From: Deltaproteobacteria bacterium
GTDB taxonomy: Bacteria; Desulfobacterota; Desulfomonilia; UBA1062
Assembly (NCBI GenBank): GCA_011046135.1
Contig: DSBG01000042.1
Span: 10,184 to 74,183 of the forward strand
Reading direction: 5' to 3'
Length of the DNA stretch: 64,000 nt
Shown: positions 1-9,281 of the stretch, one piece after another
Layout of the letters: every line of letters starts with the position of its first letter
How positions within the stretch are numbered: the stretch's first letter is position 1
Position numbers and translations under genes: made by a program
Notes under the pieces: generated by a model
What the model was told of the DNA's origin: nothing
The model's database searches: none
Seen by the model: the letters and a program-made list of their open reading frames with translations, nothing else

Positions 1-756
1 CAGGAGTACATGGATGGACTGCGGAAGATCTGTGACGAACACGGGATCATGCTCATCTTTGACGAGGTTCAGACCGGGTTTGGGCGGACCGGAACGTTGT
101 GGGCCATGGAGCACTACGGCGTGATCCCCGACATCATGTTCACGGCAAAATCCATCGGCGGGGGGCTCTTCCCGAACGCCGCCATGGTCTACCGGGACAT
201 GGACCTCCTCGTTGGTTACGTGGAAGAGAATCCGCTCTTCCACACCTCCCACGCTGGGGGTTCTGATCTCGGCTGCATCGTCTCCTCGGCCGTGCTCGAC
301 TTCCTCGTGGAAAACAAGGTGTGGGAGCATGCCGCCGATGTTGGGAAGCGGTTCAGGGAAGGGCTCATGGAGATCTGGCGGGAAAACACCGACTACGTCA
401 AGGAAGTGAGAGGTCTCGGTCTCATGATCGGCATCGAGTACAAGTACGAGTTCCTCGGTGCTATCATGGCGGAGTGCCTGGCACGTCAGGGAGTCTGGGC
501 TGCCTATTCGGCGAACGCTCCCCAGGTGATGCGTTTCCAGATACCCATTACGGTAACCAAAGATGAGGTTGAGGAAATCCTCGTACGCATCCGTGCGGCA
601 GTAAGATCCATGAGGTGGTATGTCGTCCCGCTTCTCCCCATGGCCCAGATTCCGTTCATCCGGATGCTCCTCGACAACGTGAAGATACAGATTGCCACCT
701 TCAACATCATACGGGATATCGAGGAACTCGTGACCAGGTATCTGTTGAGAAGATAA
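1..756 (+). CDS. Class-III PLP aminotransferase (5'-truncated by window edge)
   Basis: IFDEVQTGFGRTG and PDIMFTAKSIGGG (Schiff-base Lys present); frame is open from base 1. Confidence 0.9.
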   Translation, partial: QEYMDGLRKICDEHGIMLIFDEVQTGFGRTGTLWAMEHYGVIPDIMFTAKSIGGGLFPNAAMVYRDMDLLVGYVEENPLFHTSHAGGSDLGCIVSSAVLDFLVENKVWEHAADVGKRFREGLMEIWRENTDYVKEVRGLGLMIGIEYKYEFLGAIMAECLARQGVWAAYSANAPQVMRFQIPITVTKDEVEEILVRIRAAVRSMRWYVVPLLPMAQIPFIRMLLDNVKIQIATFNIIRDIEELVTRYLLRR

Positions 757-769
757 GGAGGAAACGGAG

Positions 770-2053
770 ATGAAGACGACTGATCTGATGAACATGGCTG
801 AGCGGGTCTTCTCGAAAGGCCTGGTAAATGTGATGCGGGAGACAGGGCACGATTTCCTCGAAGCGGAGCGTTCCGGCTCATACGTCTTCGATAGCGAGGG
901 GAACCGATACCTCGATGGGTACACCTCGGCGGGGACCTTCAACCTCGGAAGGAAAAACCCCGCCATCACGGCACAGCTCAAGAAGATGGTGTATAAGACA
1001 GACCAGGGGAACTTCGTGATGCCCTCTAAAGAGAAGACACTCCTTGCACGAAGGCTCTCGGAGTTTGTGCCCGGAGAACTCGAGTGTGTACTCTATGGGG
1101 TGACGAGGGGTGAATCCATGGATGCAGCCTGTAAACTCGCCCGGGGTTATACGGGGCGTCCTGGTCTTGTTACGGTGGATGGGGGGTACTACGGGGAAAC
1201 AGGGTTTGCCCTCTCGCTCTCGTCGCGTGAGTCGAAGGAGCAGTTCGGGTCCCTGATTCCCGAGGTAACGGTCATTCCCTTCGGCGATATCGACGCCGCC
1301 TCGGCATGCATGAGTTTGAAGCCCGCGGCATTCATCATGGAGCCGATCCAGACGGAAAATCACTGCAGGACAGCTGATTCAAACTACTATTCCCGGATCA
1401 GGGAGCTCTGCGCTCGGAACGGTGTTCAGCTTATTTTTGATGAAACGTCCTCGGGTTTCGGGAGAACCGGGAAAAAATTCTTCTTTGAATATCACCACGT
1501 CTTGCCGGATATCCTGATCCTGGGTGAAGCCATTACCAGCGGGATGTTCCCCATGACCGCAATGGTGTTCACCCCTGAACTGAAGACCTTTTTCGATGCC
1601 CACCCCCTCATCCACCTGTGTACCTTCGGGGGGCATGACCTGGGTTGTCACGCAGCAATCACCGCCCTGGATGAGTACGAACTGACCGCTGCCTGGGAAA
1701 ATGCAGCCAACCTCGGGGAACTCCTTCTGGGAGAACTGGCCGATGCTGCTCTCAGGGATCAGTCAGTGGTTTCGGTGACAGGGAAGGGACTCCTCATCTC
1801 AATGATGTTCTCATCACAGGCAACTGCCCTGAACTTCTGCAAGAAGGCCCGTGCCCACGGTCTCCTGGTGAATACCGCCAGAGTCGCCACGCAGTGTGTT
1901 CTCCTGATGCCCAGCCTGCTGATCACGGCACAGGAAAAAGACCAGATCGTGACGGCAGTCAAGCAAGCGCTCGAAGATCTGAAACCATCACAGTCCAAGG
2001 TGAGACCAAGGACCAAGAAAAGGGGGAAGCCGGCTACCGGGAAACAAAAATGA
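770..2053 (+). CDS. Class-III aminotransferase-like protein lacking the PLP-binding lysine
   Basis: YLDGYTSAGTFNLG, FIMEPIQ, IFDETSSGFGRTG; PDILILGEAITSG has E where K is expected; GGAG RBS upstream. Confidence 0.85.
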   Translation: MKTTDLMNMAERVFSKGLVNVMRETGHDFLEAERSGSYVFDSEGNRYLDGYTSAGTFNLGRKNPAITAQLKKMVYKTDQGNFVMPSKEKTLLARRLSEFVPGELECVLYGVTRGESMDAACKLARGYTGRPGLVTVDGGYYGETGFALSLSSRESKEQFGSLIPEVTVIPFGDIDAASACMSLKPAAFIMEPIQTENHCRTADSNYYSRIRELCARNGVQLIFDETSSGFGRTGKKFFFEYHHVLPDILILGEAITSGMFPMTAMVFTPELKTFFDAHPLIHLCTFGGHDLGCHAAITALDEYELTAAWENAANLGELLLGELADAALRDQSVVSVTGKGLLISMMFSSQATALNFCKKARAHGLLVNTARVATQCVLLMPSLLITAQEKDQIVTAVKQALEDLKPSQSKVRPRTKKRGKPATGKQK

Positions 2054-2304
2054 GCCCAGGAGACTTGCCCAGGAAGGAGATCGACGATGCCGCCCATCGG
2101 GTCATCTGTTGCAGGAAAAGCCAAGAGGAGGCAAGCGTGACTCAAGCCAAACAGGCGCTGGGTGAACCGTGAAGGGAGAGGAATCAGCAGGGAAGGGGCA
2201 ACTCCCTGGTCAGTACTTCATCCCGTGTCTCACTCACAGGTCAAGGACTTGAGGCTTTTCTGCCGGGAAGTACTCCTCCTGGGTTGCCCGTTTCTGAGGA
2301 TGTC

Positions 2305-3477
2305 TCAGGATATCTCTTCATCACTGAGGTAGCATGCCGGGTCCACCCCCCAGGGGTCACCGGTGACTGCTTCAGCCCTGGCCCTGAAATTTCCGGCACA
2401 CACGTCGAGCCACCTGCACTGCCGGCACCTGCCCGTGACGTGCTCCTTCTTGTTCTTGAGCTTCATGAGAAACTCGTTGGATGGATCTTCCCAGATCTCG
2501 GAAAACGGCCGCTGCCTGATAGTTCCGAGCACCCTGTGTCTCCAGAACTGGTCGGGATAGACCTCGCCGTCAAAGTTGATACAGGCGATCCCCACGCCGC
2601 TGGAATTACCCCCGTTCATCTTCAGGAGTTCAAGGGTGTCCGAGGCCCTCGGGCTGCCCTCTTTGATCATGCGGAGGTAGACATAGGGTCCGTCGGCGTG
2701 GTTGTCCACGGTGAGCACCTCCACATCGAGCCCCGATTCGATCATGGTCCGGGCCCGATCCATGATGAGGTCGAGCGTCTCCCGTGTTTCAGCATGGGAG
2801 AGGTCCTCCTCCATGAGGGTTTTCGCCCTTCCGGTGTAGACGAGATGGTAGAAGCAGATCCTGGGAATGCCCTCCTGCTGCATGAGCGAGAAGATCCCGG
2901 GGATCTCCTGGACATTTCTCCTGTTCATGGTGAAGCGGAGTCCGACCTTGATGCCCTCATGCATGGCATGGTAGATGCCGTTCATGGCCATTCTGAAGGC
3001 ACCGTCGAGTCCCCGGAAGGAATCGTTGACCGCTTCGAGACCATCGAGGCTGACCCCGATGTACGAGAGACCGAGATCGGCAAAGCGCATGGCGAAATCG
3101 GGTGTGATCAGCGTGCCGTTGGTAGAGATCACGGCACGCATGCCGTTCTCGACAGCTGACTTGATGAGGATCGGGAGGTCCTTCCTCAGGGTCGGTTCTC
3201 CACCCGAGAAGAGGACAACCGGGGAACCGAATCCGCTGAGCTCTTCCAGCAGAGAGAGCCCCTCCTTCGTGGAGAGCTCCTCTGTCTGGCTGGTTGTGGA
3301 TGCGTAACAGTGGGCACACCTGAGGTTGCAGGCGCGGGTGACATTCCAGACCACCACGGGTTTCTTGTCTGAAGAAAACTGCAGCAGGTGAGAGGGGAGC
3401 GATCCTGAGTTCCTCCCGTACCTGAGAGGGTCTGAAGCCTCCACTGTTCCGCAGTAGAGCTTGGATATTCCGATCAT
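2305..3477 (-). CDS. ahbC: Radical SAM/SPASM 12,18-didecarboxysiroheme deacetylase (AhbC/NirJ1 family)
   Basis: N-terminal MIGISKLYCG; CNLRCAHC radical SAM motif; SPASM CRQCRWLDVCAGNFRARA; located in hem operon. Confidence 0.85.
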   Translation of the reverse strand: MIGISKLYCGTVEASDPLRYGRNSGSLPSHLLQFSSDKKPVVVWNVTRACNLRCAHCYASTTSQTEELSTKEGLSLLEELSGFGSPVVLFSGGEPTLRKDLPILIKSAVENGMRAVISTNGTLITPDFAMRFADLGLSYIGVSLDGLEAVNDSFRGLDGAFRMAMNGIYHAMHEGIKVGLRFTMNRRNVQEIPGIFSLMQQEGIPRICFYHLVYTGRAKTLMEEDLSHAETRETLDLIMDRARTMIESGLDVEVLTVDNHADGPYVYLRMIKEGSPRASDTLELLKMNGGNSSGVGIACINFDGEVYPDQFWRHRVLGTIRQRPFSEIWEDPSNEFLMKLKNKKEHVTGRCRQCRWLDVCAGNFRARAEAVTGDPWGVDPACYLSDEEIS

Positions 3478-4955
3478 GGGACTGTTCCTTTCAGGGCTTC
3501 AATGATTCCGGCATCCGTGTATTCGTCGGGAACAACCTCGGCCTGGACGTCATGTGCTTCAAGGGCCTGTGCCGTCACCGGTCCGATGGCCACGATTCTC
3601 TTTTCCCTGACGAGGTCCAGTTCGCCCCGCAAGAGATAAGAGGCGTGTCTGACCCCCGAGGGACTGGTGAAGAGCACCGTGTTCACTTCACTAAGGGCCT
3701 GGATAAAATCAACAGGGTTTGCATCGGAAGGAAGCGCTGTTTCATAGAGCGGGATCTCGAGAACCTCGGCCCCCTTCTGTCTCAGCGCGGTTATCAGAAA
3801 GCTTCTCGCTCCCTTTGCCCTGGGGATACAGATCCGCTGTCCCGTGAGGTCTCTGGAGCCGATCATGGCCATGATTCCTTCTGCACGATACTCCTGCGCC
3901 ATGATGTCTGCAGTGATGCCAAAGGTTCTCAGGGCATCACGGGTCTTCGGGCCGATGCAGACGATTTCTTTTCCGGAAAACGCCCGTGCATCAAGGCCCG
4001 AGGCGAAGAGCTTGTCCATGAACAGGGGTACAGCATTCTGGGACGTGAAGATGACCATGTCATAGTGTGAGATGTCGGGCAGCGCAAAATCGATGCTCCG
4101 GATGTCCAGGAGCGGGTAGATCACCGGTATCGCTCCTGCAGAGGCAAAGAGAGAGGCGCTCTGGAGGGCGAGGTGTCGTGGCCGGGTGATCAGGATTGAC
4201 ATGCCGTGGAGAGGGAGCACCTTGTCCCGGTAAAGAGAGGTGCTCAACTCGGCGACCTTTCCCACGATCATCACGCAGGGCGAAGCGATGCCGTGTCTGG
4301 ATGCGAGATGTCCCACCTTGTCCAGGCAGGTTACGAGGTGCCGCTGTTTCGGGGTTGTTGCATCCTGCACCAGGGCACAGGGCATCTGGGGATCCATCCC
4401 CTCTGCAACGAGTCGTTCGGCAATGGCTGCAATCCTTGTTGCCCCCATGAGAAAGATGATGGTGCCGCTCTGTCGTGCCAGGAGTGAGTAGTCGAGAAAC
4501 CCGGATTCCTTGGCGGGATCTTCGTGTGCCGTAACGAACGTGACTGAGGAGGCAAGCCCGCGGTGGGTAGGGGGTATGCCGATGCTGATCGGGCCGGCTA
4601 TGGCCGAGGTGATCCCGGGTATAATCTCGACGGGGATACCGCGATCCCGCAAAAAGAGGGCCTCCTCTCCACCCCGGCCGAAGATGCAGGGATCGCCGCC
4701 CTTGAGTCGTGCAACCTCGAGCCCCTTGGTACCCAGCTCGGCCAGAAGGTCGTTGATCTTGTCCTGGCTCATATAGTCCCTGCCGCCGCGCTTACCCACG
4801 TATATCCTGTCTGCATCCTTGCGGGCGAGCAAGAGGATCTCCCCGGGAATGAGGTCGTCGTACACCAGGACATCGCTCCTTGAGATGATGCGGGATGCCT
4901 TGAGGGTGAGTAGTTCCGGGTCACCGGGGCCCGTGCCTATGAGATAGACGCTCAT
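3474..4955 (-). CDS. cobA: Uroporphyrinogen-III C-methyltransferase / uroporphyrinogen-III synthase fusion (CobA-HemD)
   Basis: GTGPGDPELLT, RLKGGDPCIFGRGGEE, followed by HEM4 domain (IFTSQNAV, IGPKT, FTSPSGV). Confidence 0.95.
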   Translation of the reverse strand: MSVYLIGTGPGDPELLTLKASRIISRSDVLVYDDLIPGEILLLARKDADRIYVGKRGGRDYMSQDKINDLLAELGTKGLEVARLKGGDPCIFGRGGEEALFLRDRGIPVEIIPGITSAIAGPISIGIPPTHRGLASSVTFVTAHEDPAKESGFLDYSLLARQSGTIIFLMGATRIAAIAERLVAEGMDPQMPCALVQDATTPKQRHLVTCLDKVGHLASRHGIASPCVMIVGKVAELSTSLYRDKVLPLHGMSILITRPRHLALQSASLFASAGAIPVIYPLLDIRSIDFALPDISHYDMVIFTSQNAVPLFMDKLFASGLDARAFSGKEIVCIGPKTRDALRTFGITADIMAQEYRAEGIMAMIGSRDLTGQRICIPRAKGARSFLITALRQKGAEVLEIPLYETALPSDANPVDFIQALSEVNTVLFTSPSGVRHASYLLRGELDLVREKRIVAIGPVTAQALEAHDVQAEVVPDEYTDAGIIEALKGTVP

Positions 4956-5842
4956 ACCTCGCCTGCACGGCGAACCTGTTCTTTGAGTTTCTCAGCGAGA
5001 AGGGAACCCACCTCCGGAGTATCTCCTTTCAAGACCAGCTTCTCCACGGTTTTCTCGTCGCTCGTTGCGAGCATGCCCTCAATGATAATGAGTCCTTCCT
5101 GAAGATGTGCATATGCCCCCGCAGGGAGCCGGCAATCGAGGCCCAGCGTTCGGAGAAAGGCCCGCTCTGCTTCGGCACACAGATGCGTGGGGGGGTGATC
5201 CAGTGACGTTCCAAGCTCAACAAGCTCCCTGTCGTCGTTTCTGCACTCCACCGCGATGATCCCCTGACCTGGCGATGGTATCATCAAGCTGGGATCGATG
5301 GCAATACCCGGAGGAAGACCCAGTCTGTTCACACCGGCTTCGGCGAGGATCACTGCATCGACCTCTGCTCCCACTTTATTCAGCCTGGTGGGAACATTCC
5401 CCCGGATGTCCACAACGGCGAGATCTGGCCGGAAAGCCCTGATCTGACATCTGCGGCGCATGCTTGACGTGCCAACCGTGCTTCCCCGGGGCAGGGATTC
5501 GAGGGACTCGTTGTGTTGTGTAAAAATCATGTCACGATGACTTCCTCTCTCAAGGCAGGCACCGATGGTGAGTCCATCCGCGAGATTCGCCTGCATGTCT
5601 TTGAGACTGTGAACGGCGAAGTCGATCTTTGAGGAGAGCAGCTGTTCTTCGATGTCCTTGACAAAGACACCTTTCCCGCCGATGGCATCCAGCGGGAGAT
5701 CGGCGAGTTCGTCTCCACAGGTTTTGATCACGAAAATCTCGTAGCCATACCCCGGGTGACGGACTTCCATCTCCTTGAGAACCATGCGCGTCTGGGCAAG
5801 GGCGAGGGCACTACCTCTTGTTCCGATCCTGATAGTCCTCAT
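4952..5842 (-). CDS. hemC: Hydroxymethylbilane synthase
   Basis: IGTRGSALAL, GGKGVFVK, AVHSLKD, GTSSMRR, IRGNVPTRL, LGLDCRLP. Confidence 0.97.
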   Translation of the reverse strand: MRTIRIGTRGSALALAQTRMVLKEMEVRHPGYGYEIFVIKTCGDELADLPLDAIGGKGVFVKDIEEQLLSSKIDFAVHSLKDMQANLADGLTIGACLERGSHRDMIFTQHNESLESLPRGSTVGTSSMRRRCQIRAFRPDLAVVDIRGNVPTRLNKVGAEVDAVILAEAGVNRLGLPPGIAIDPSLMIPSPGQGIIAVECRNDDRELVELGTSLDHPPTHLCAEAERAFLRTLGLDCRLPAGAYAHLQEGLIIIEGMLATSDEKTVEKLVLKGDTPEVGSLLAEKLKEQVRRAGEV

Positions 5843-7046
5843 CGAGTTGAAAGATCCTCCGGGTATAGTCGATGTGTTTGATGTCCGGGTAGGCCCTGAG
5901 AAAGCTCACCGGCCTGTGGAGGAGTCTCCTCAGTGTCAGCCTGAGGGTTTCCTCCAGTGCTGTTCGCTGGTCGTCATCCAGAGGCATATTCCGGACCTGA
6001 TCCTCCACGTGGTTTTCTATGAGGGCAAAAAGATCCCTGATGGTGGTGGTTGCATCAAGGGCCCTGATCCAGCGATCGAACTTTTCCACCTCCTGATCGA
6101 TGATTTCACGAGCCCTGTCGATCTGATGTTCACGGTTGGTGTAGTGCCTGTCCACGATGGATTTCAGGGCATCGATGTCGTAGAGATAGCAGTTGTAGCA
6201 GCGACCGACTTCAGGGTCAACATCTCGCGGTACAGCGATATCGATGAGAATGATCGGACGGTTCTTGCGTTTTTTCATGACCGGTTCCATGAGTTCGTTC
6301 CCGATGATGGGCCGGGGTGACCCGGTGGAGGTGATCACGATATCGCTCGAAGCGAGTTCTTCCGCAAGGCTTTCAAAGGGTTTGGGGATACCGCCGAGTT
6401 CAGAGGCAAGATCGCACGCTACCCGATGCGTCCGGTTGACGATGCACAGTCTCTTGACCCCCCTGCTCTGGAGTCTTTTCGCTGCGATGCTCGCCATGTC
6501 ACCGGCCCCTACGACGAGCACGGAGCTCGTTGAGATGTCTCCGAAGATGTGGCCTGCAAGCTCCACCGCCTCTGAGGCGACGGATACCGGATAGGAGCCG
6601 ATGTCCGTTTCCGTACGGATCCGTTTCGCCGTACGGAAGGCACGGTGCAGGGCCCTGTTCAGAAGGGTTGAGGTGGTGTTTGCAGCGAGGGCATCACGAT
6701 AGGCATCCTTGACCTGTCCCAGGATCTGGGGTTCTCCGATGACCTGAGAATCGAGGCCTGAAGCGACCATGAACAGGTGGCGGATTGCCTCGCTGCCGCT
6801 GAATACCTGGGCAACTTCCCGAAGAACCCCGCTGTCGATTCCGCTTCGGTGTTCCAGGTACTTCTCGACCACGGAGATCTCGATACCGGTCCAGTAGATC
6901 TCTGTGCGGTTGCAGGTATTGAGCGTGTAGCACTCGGAGGAATCGCCCATGATCTCGAGCATGTCCTGAGGTGATAGGGAGAACTGTTCCCGGATTTCGA
7001 CAGGGGCATGTTTGTGGTTGATGCTTAAACAGGTGATACGCTGCAT
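5811..7046 (-). CDS. hemA: Glutamyl-tRNA reductase
   Basis: Start trimmed to MQRITCLSINHK (ATG 7046, TAATG overlap with upstream stop); TCNRTE, GEPQILGQVK, VGAGDM, DIAVPRDV. Confidence 0.95.
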   Translation of the reverse strand: MQRITCLSINHKHAPVEIREQFSLSPQDMLEIMGDSSECYTLNTCNRTEIYWTGIEISVVEKYLEHRSGIDSGVLREVAQVFSGSEAIRHLFMVASGLDSQVIGEPQILGQVKDAYRDALAANTTSTLLNRALHRAFRTAKRIRTETDIGSYPVSVASEAVELAGHIFGDISTSSVLVVGAGDMASIAAKRLQSRGVKRLCIVNRTHRVACDLASELGGIPKPFESLAEELASSDIVITSTGSPRPIIGNELMEPVMKKRKNRPIILIDIAVPRDVDPEVGRCYNCYLYDIDALKSIVDRHYTNREHQIDRAREIIDQEVEKFDRWIRALDATTTIRDLFALIENHVEDQVRNMPLDDDQRTALEETLRLTLRRLLHRPVSFLRAYPDIKHIDYTRRIFQLDEDYQDRNKR

Positions 7047-7858
7047 TACAGGAGGCCTATTCCATGGGCATGCGGGAAAGCAAGGTTCATCACGAGAAAG
7101 ACGACGAGCATCACGCAAAAGCCCACCAGCGTGATGATGGCGGTTCTGCGCCCTCTCCATCCAATGGCAAACCTCTGGTGGAGGCAGAAGGCAAACACCA
7201 CCCACATGAGAGCCCCTGCCATGATCTTGGGGGCGATACTGGAGAGCCTGAGGTCGATGGATGATGCCCACAATCCCCCGAGGATCATTCCGATGGTGAT
7301 GGCAACAAACCCCAGCGACAGGCAGGCGTACAAGAGGGAATCGAGAATGGACAGGGGGGGGAGGCCGGCTACGGGTGAATGGATGGTGCCTTTGTAGATG
7401 ATCCTTTCATGGACGAGGTAGACCAGGGACGTGATGAATGCCACCACGAACAGCGCCTCACCGCCGATGACGCTCAGGGTGTGCAGTGGATACCAGTACT
7501 GGTAGGAGTTCAGGAAGATGTCGGATCGTTGTGCGAGAGACGGCATGAGCAGGGCAAGGACGAACGTTGCGGGGGGGAGGAAGAAGACGGCAAGCGATGC
7601 GGTTCTTTTTCTCCAGGCAAGGACGAGAAACACTGCGGAGGCCAGGAAGATCACCATGTTCACGCCCTGGGCAGGGGAAACCAGGGGAATGGTGTTCAGT
7701 CGTGTTGCCAGGGAAAGGATGAGAAGGAAGTGACACGCCACAGAGATTGAGAACAGCACCTGTGCAAGCAGGATCCATGGCCTCGTTCTGAAAAACAGAG
7801 AGAGAATGTACGCAAGGCTCGCCAGCGTGTAGGCGGTCACTACTCCGAAGGCGATCAC
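7046..7858 (-). CDS. CcsA/HemX-like membrane protein
   Basis: About 8 hydrophobic segments, LHT and GWRGRR motifs, no clear WxWD motif; sits between sirC and hemA as is common in deltaproteobacteria. Confidence 0.8.
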   Translation of the reverse strand: MIAFGVVTAYTLASLAYILSLFFRTRPWILLAQVLFSISVACHFLLILSLATRLNTIPLVSPAQGVNMVIFLASAVFLVLAWRKRTASLAVFFLPPATFVLALLMPSLAQRSDIFLNSYQYWYPLHTLSVIGGEALFVVAFITSLVYLVHERIIYKGTIHSPVAGLPPLSILDSLLYACLSLGFVAITIGMILGGLWASSIDLRLSSIAPKIMAGALMWVVFAFCLHQRFAIGWRGRRTAIITLVGFCVMLVVFLVMNLAFPHAHGIGLL

Positions 7859-8517
7859 GGAAACACTCCTTCAAGATCGACATGGACACCGAGGGCCTCG
7901 AAAAGGATCGCGTCGACGAGATCTCTGTCGCCCTCACGGATCGCATCGATGAGCTGGGAATTTATGAGCACATCAAAGACCCTTCTATGGCCTTCATGCC
8001 CTCCCTCCTGGGAGAGAACCACGGGTCGGATCCTGCCCAGGATGACCGAGAGAGCGCTATATTCGTCCCCCAGCAGAGAGCCGATCACGGAACGCAGCTT
8101 CTTGGACAGTGCGGGTGAAACACCGCCGGTGGAAATAGCTATCTTGATGGGTCCTTTTTCAAGGACCGAGGGGACGATGTATGAGCAGAGTTCAGGACGG
8201 TCCACCACATTGCAGAAGAGTCGGGCACGCTCGGCGTCCTGGCTTACCGTTCGATTCGTTTCCTCATCATCCGTTGCAGCGATCACGAGGACCGCGTCGT
8301 CAAGGTCCCTCGATGCATAGGTCTTTCTGCGAATCTCGATCCCATCCATGCTGGTGATCCCGGGGAGTACCTCCGGGGCAATCACCCGTACCCGTGCCCC
8401 TGCCTTGAGGAGGGACTCGATCTTTCTCTCTGCCACGACGCCGCCGCCGATGACCACGACCTGTTTGCCCGTGAGATCGATGAAGATCGGGTAATAGATG
8501 TTCTCGGACCGTTCCAT
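7855..8517 (-). CDS. Precorrin-2 dehydrogenase/ferrochelatase (SirC/Met8p/CysG N-terminal family)
   Basis: YYPIFIDL, VVIGGGVVAERK, NVVDRPELC, AISTGGVSPAL. Confidence 0.92.
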   Translation of the reverse strand: MERSENIYYPIFIDLTGKQVVVIGGGVVAERKIESLLKAGARVRVIAPEVLPGITSMDGIEIRRKTYASRDLDDAVLVIAATDDEETNRTVSQDAERARLFCNVVDRPELCSYIVPSVLEKGPIKIAISTGGVSPALSKKLRSVIGSLLGDEYSALSVILGRIRPVVLSQEGGHEGHRRVFDVLINSQLIDAIREGDRDLVDAILFEALGVHVDLEGVFP

Positions 8518-8522
8518 GGGGC

Positions 8523-9281
8523 TCAGGCCACCTCTTTCAGCCAGCCTCGAATGATATCCAGGGTTCTCTCATCCTTCCTCAGCTGGTGTGCTGCTCCTTT
8601 GAGGATGGTGATCTTTTTGGGCTTGATGGCTGCTTCATAGAGGAGGTGTGCGTGGCTCACGGGAACGGTCTCATCACTGTCCCCATGCACGATATGGACG
8701 GGTCGCGGCGAGAGAAAGGGTATATTCAGGTCAGGGTTGAGCCTCGTGAAATCGTCATACCAGCGCCTGAGATCCGGTGGAAAATCCTTGTTTCTGATGA
8801 GACCCAACTCCATGAAGTGATCCCTGAGCAGCTGTGGATCCTCGGGCAGGATATCCGAGAAGCGGCACGGGGTTGCCATGAGGAGAAGACTCGCGATCTT
8901 TTTGTTGTAGGAGGCATAGTGTGTGGCAATGACCCCACCGGCAGAAAACCCGATGCAGTGGATCGAGGCCGGATCGATTTTCGGGGTGTCATAGACCTTT
9001 TCAACAATACAGGAGAGATCGAAGATCCAGCCTGACATGTCGATATTGCCCCCGGAGAGACCACATCCCCGGAAGTTGAAGAGAAAACAGCTGTATCCGT
9101 CTGCAGTGAGTTCTTCCACAAGGGGAAGGTACCCCCTGTCATCCGGGTTCGGTTTTGATCCGGGGATTCCATGGCAGAAGATAACCGCCGGAGGCAATCC
9201 CCTCGGGTGGTTCTCAGGGGAGTAGTGCCATACCCTGATACCTATCCCCTGGTGGGTGAGCTGAAACTCTCTCGATTTCAT
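8523..9281 (-). CDS. Alpha/beta-fold hydrolase
   Basis: HGIPG oxyanion motif, GFSAGG nucleophile elbow, HGDSDETVP and GAAH triad motifs. Confidence 0.9.
   Translation of the reverse strand: MKSREFQLTHQGIGIRVWHYSPENHPRGLPPAVIFCHGIPGSKPNPDDRGYLPLVEELTADGYSCFLFNFRGCGLSGGNIDMSGWIFDLSCIVEKVYDTPKIDPASIHCIGFSAGGVIATHYASYNKKIASLLLMATPCRFSDILPEDPQLLRDHFMELGLIRNKDFPPDLRRWYDDFTRLNPDLNIPFLSPRPVHIVHGDSDETVPVSHAHLLYEAAIKPKKITILKGAAHQLRKDERTLDIIRGWLKEVA

Noticed and set aside
1-2053. Aminotransferases as HemL (GSA aminomutase) because they abut the hem operon
   Set aside because: Opposite strand and no HemL-type GKIIGGG context; adjacency looks incidental
2050-2172. 40-aa ORF overlapping the aminotransferase stop (MSPGDLPRKE...)
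   Set aside because: ATGA overlap is the only support; no recognisable motif
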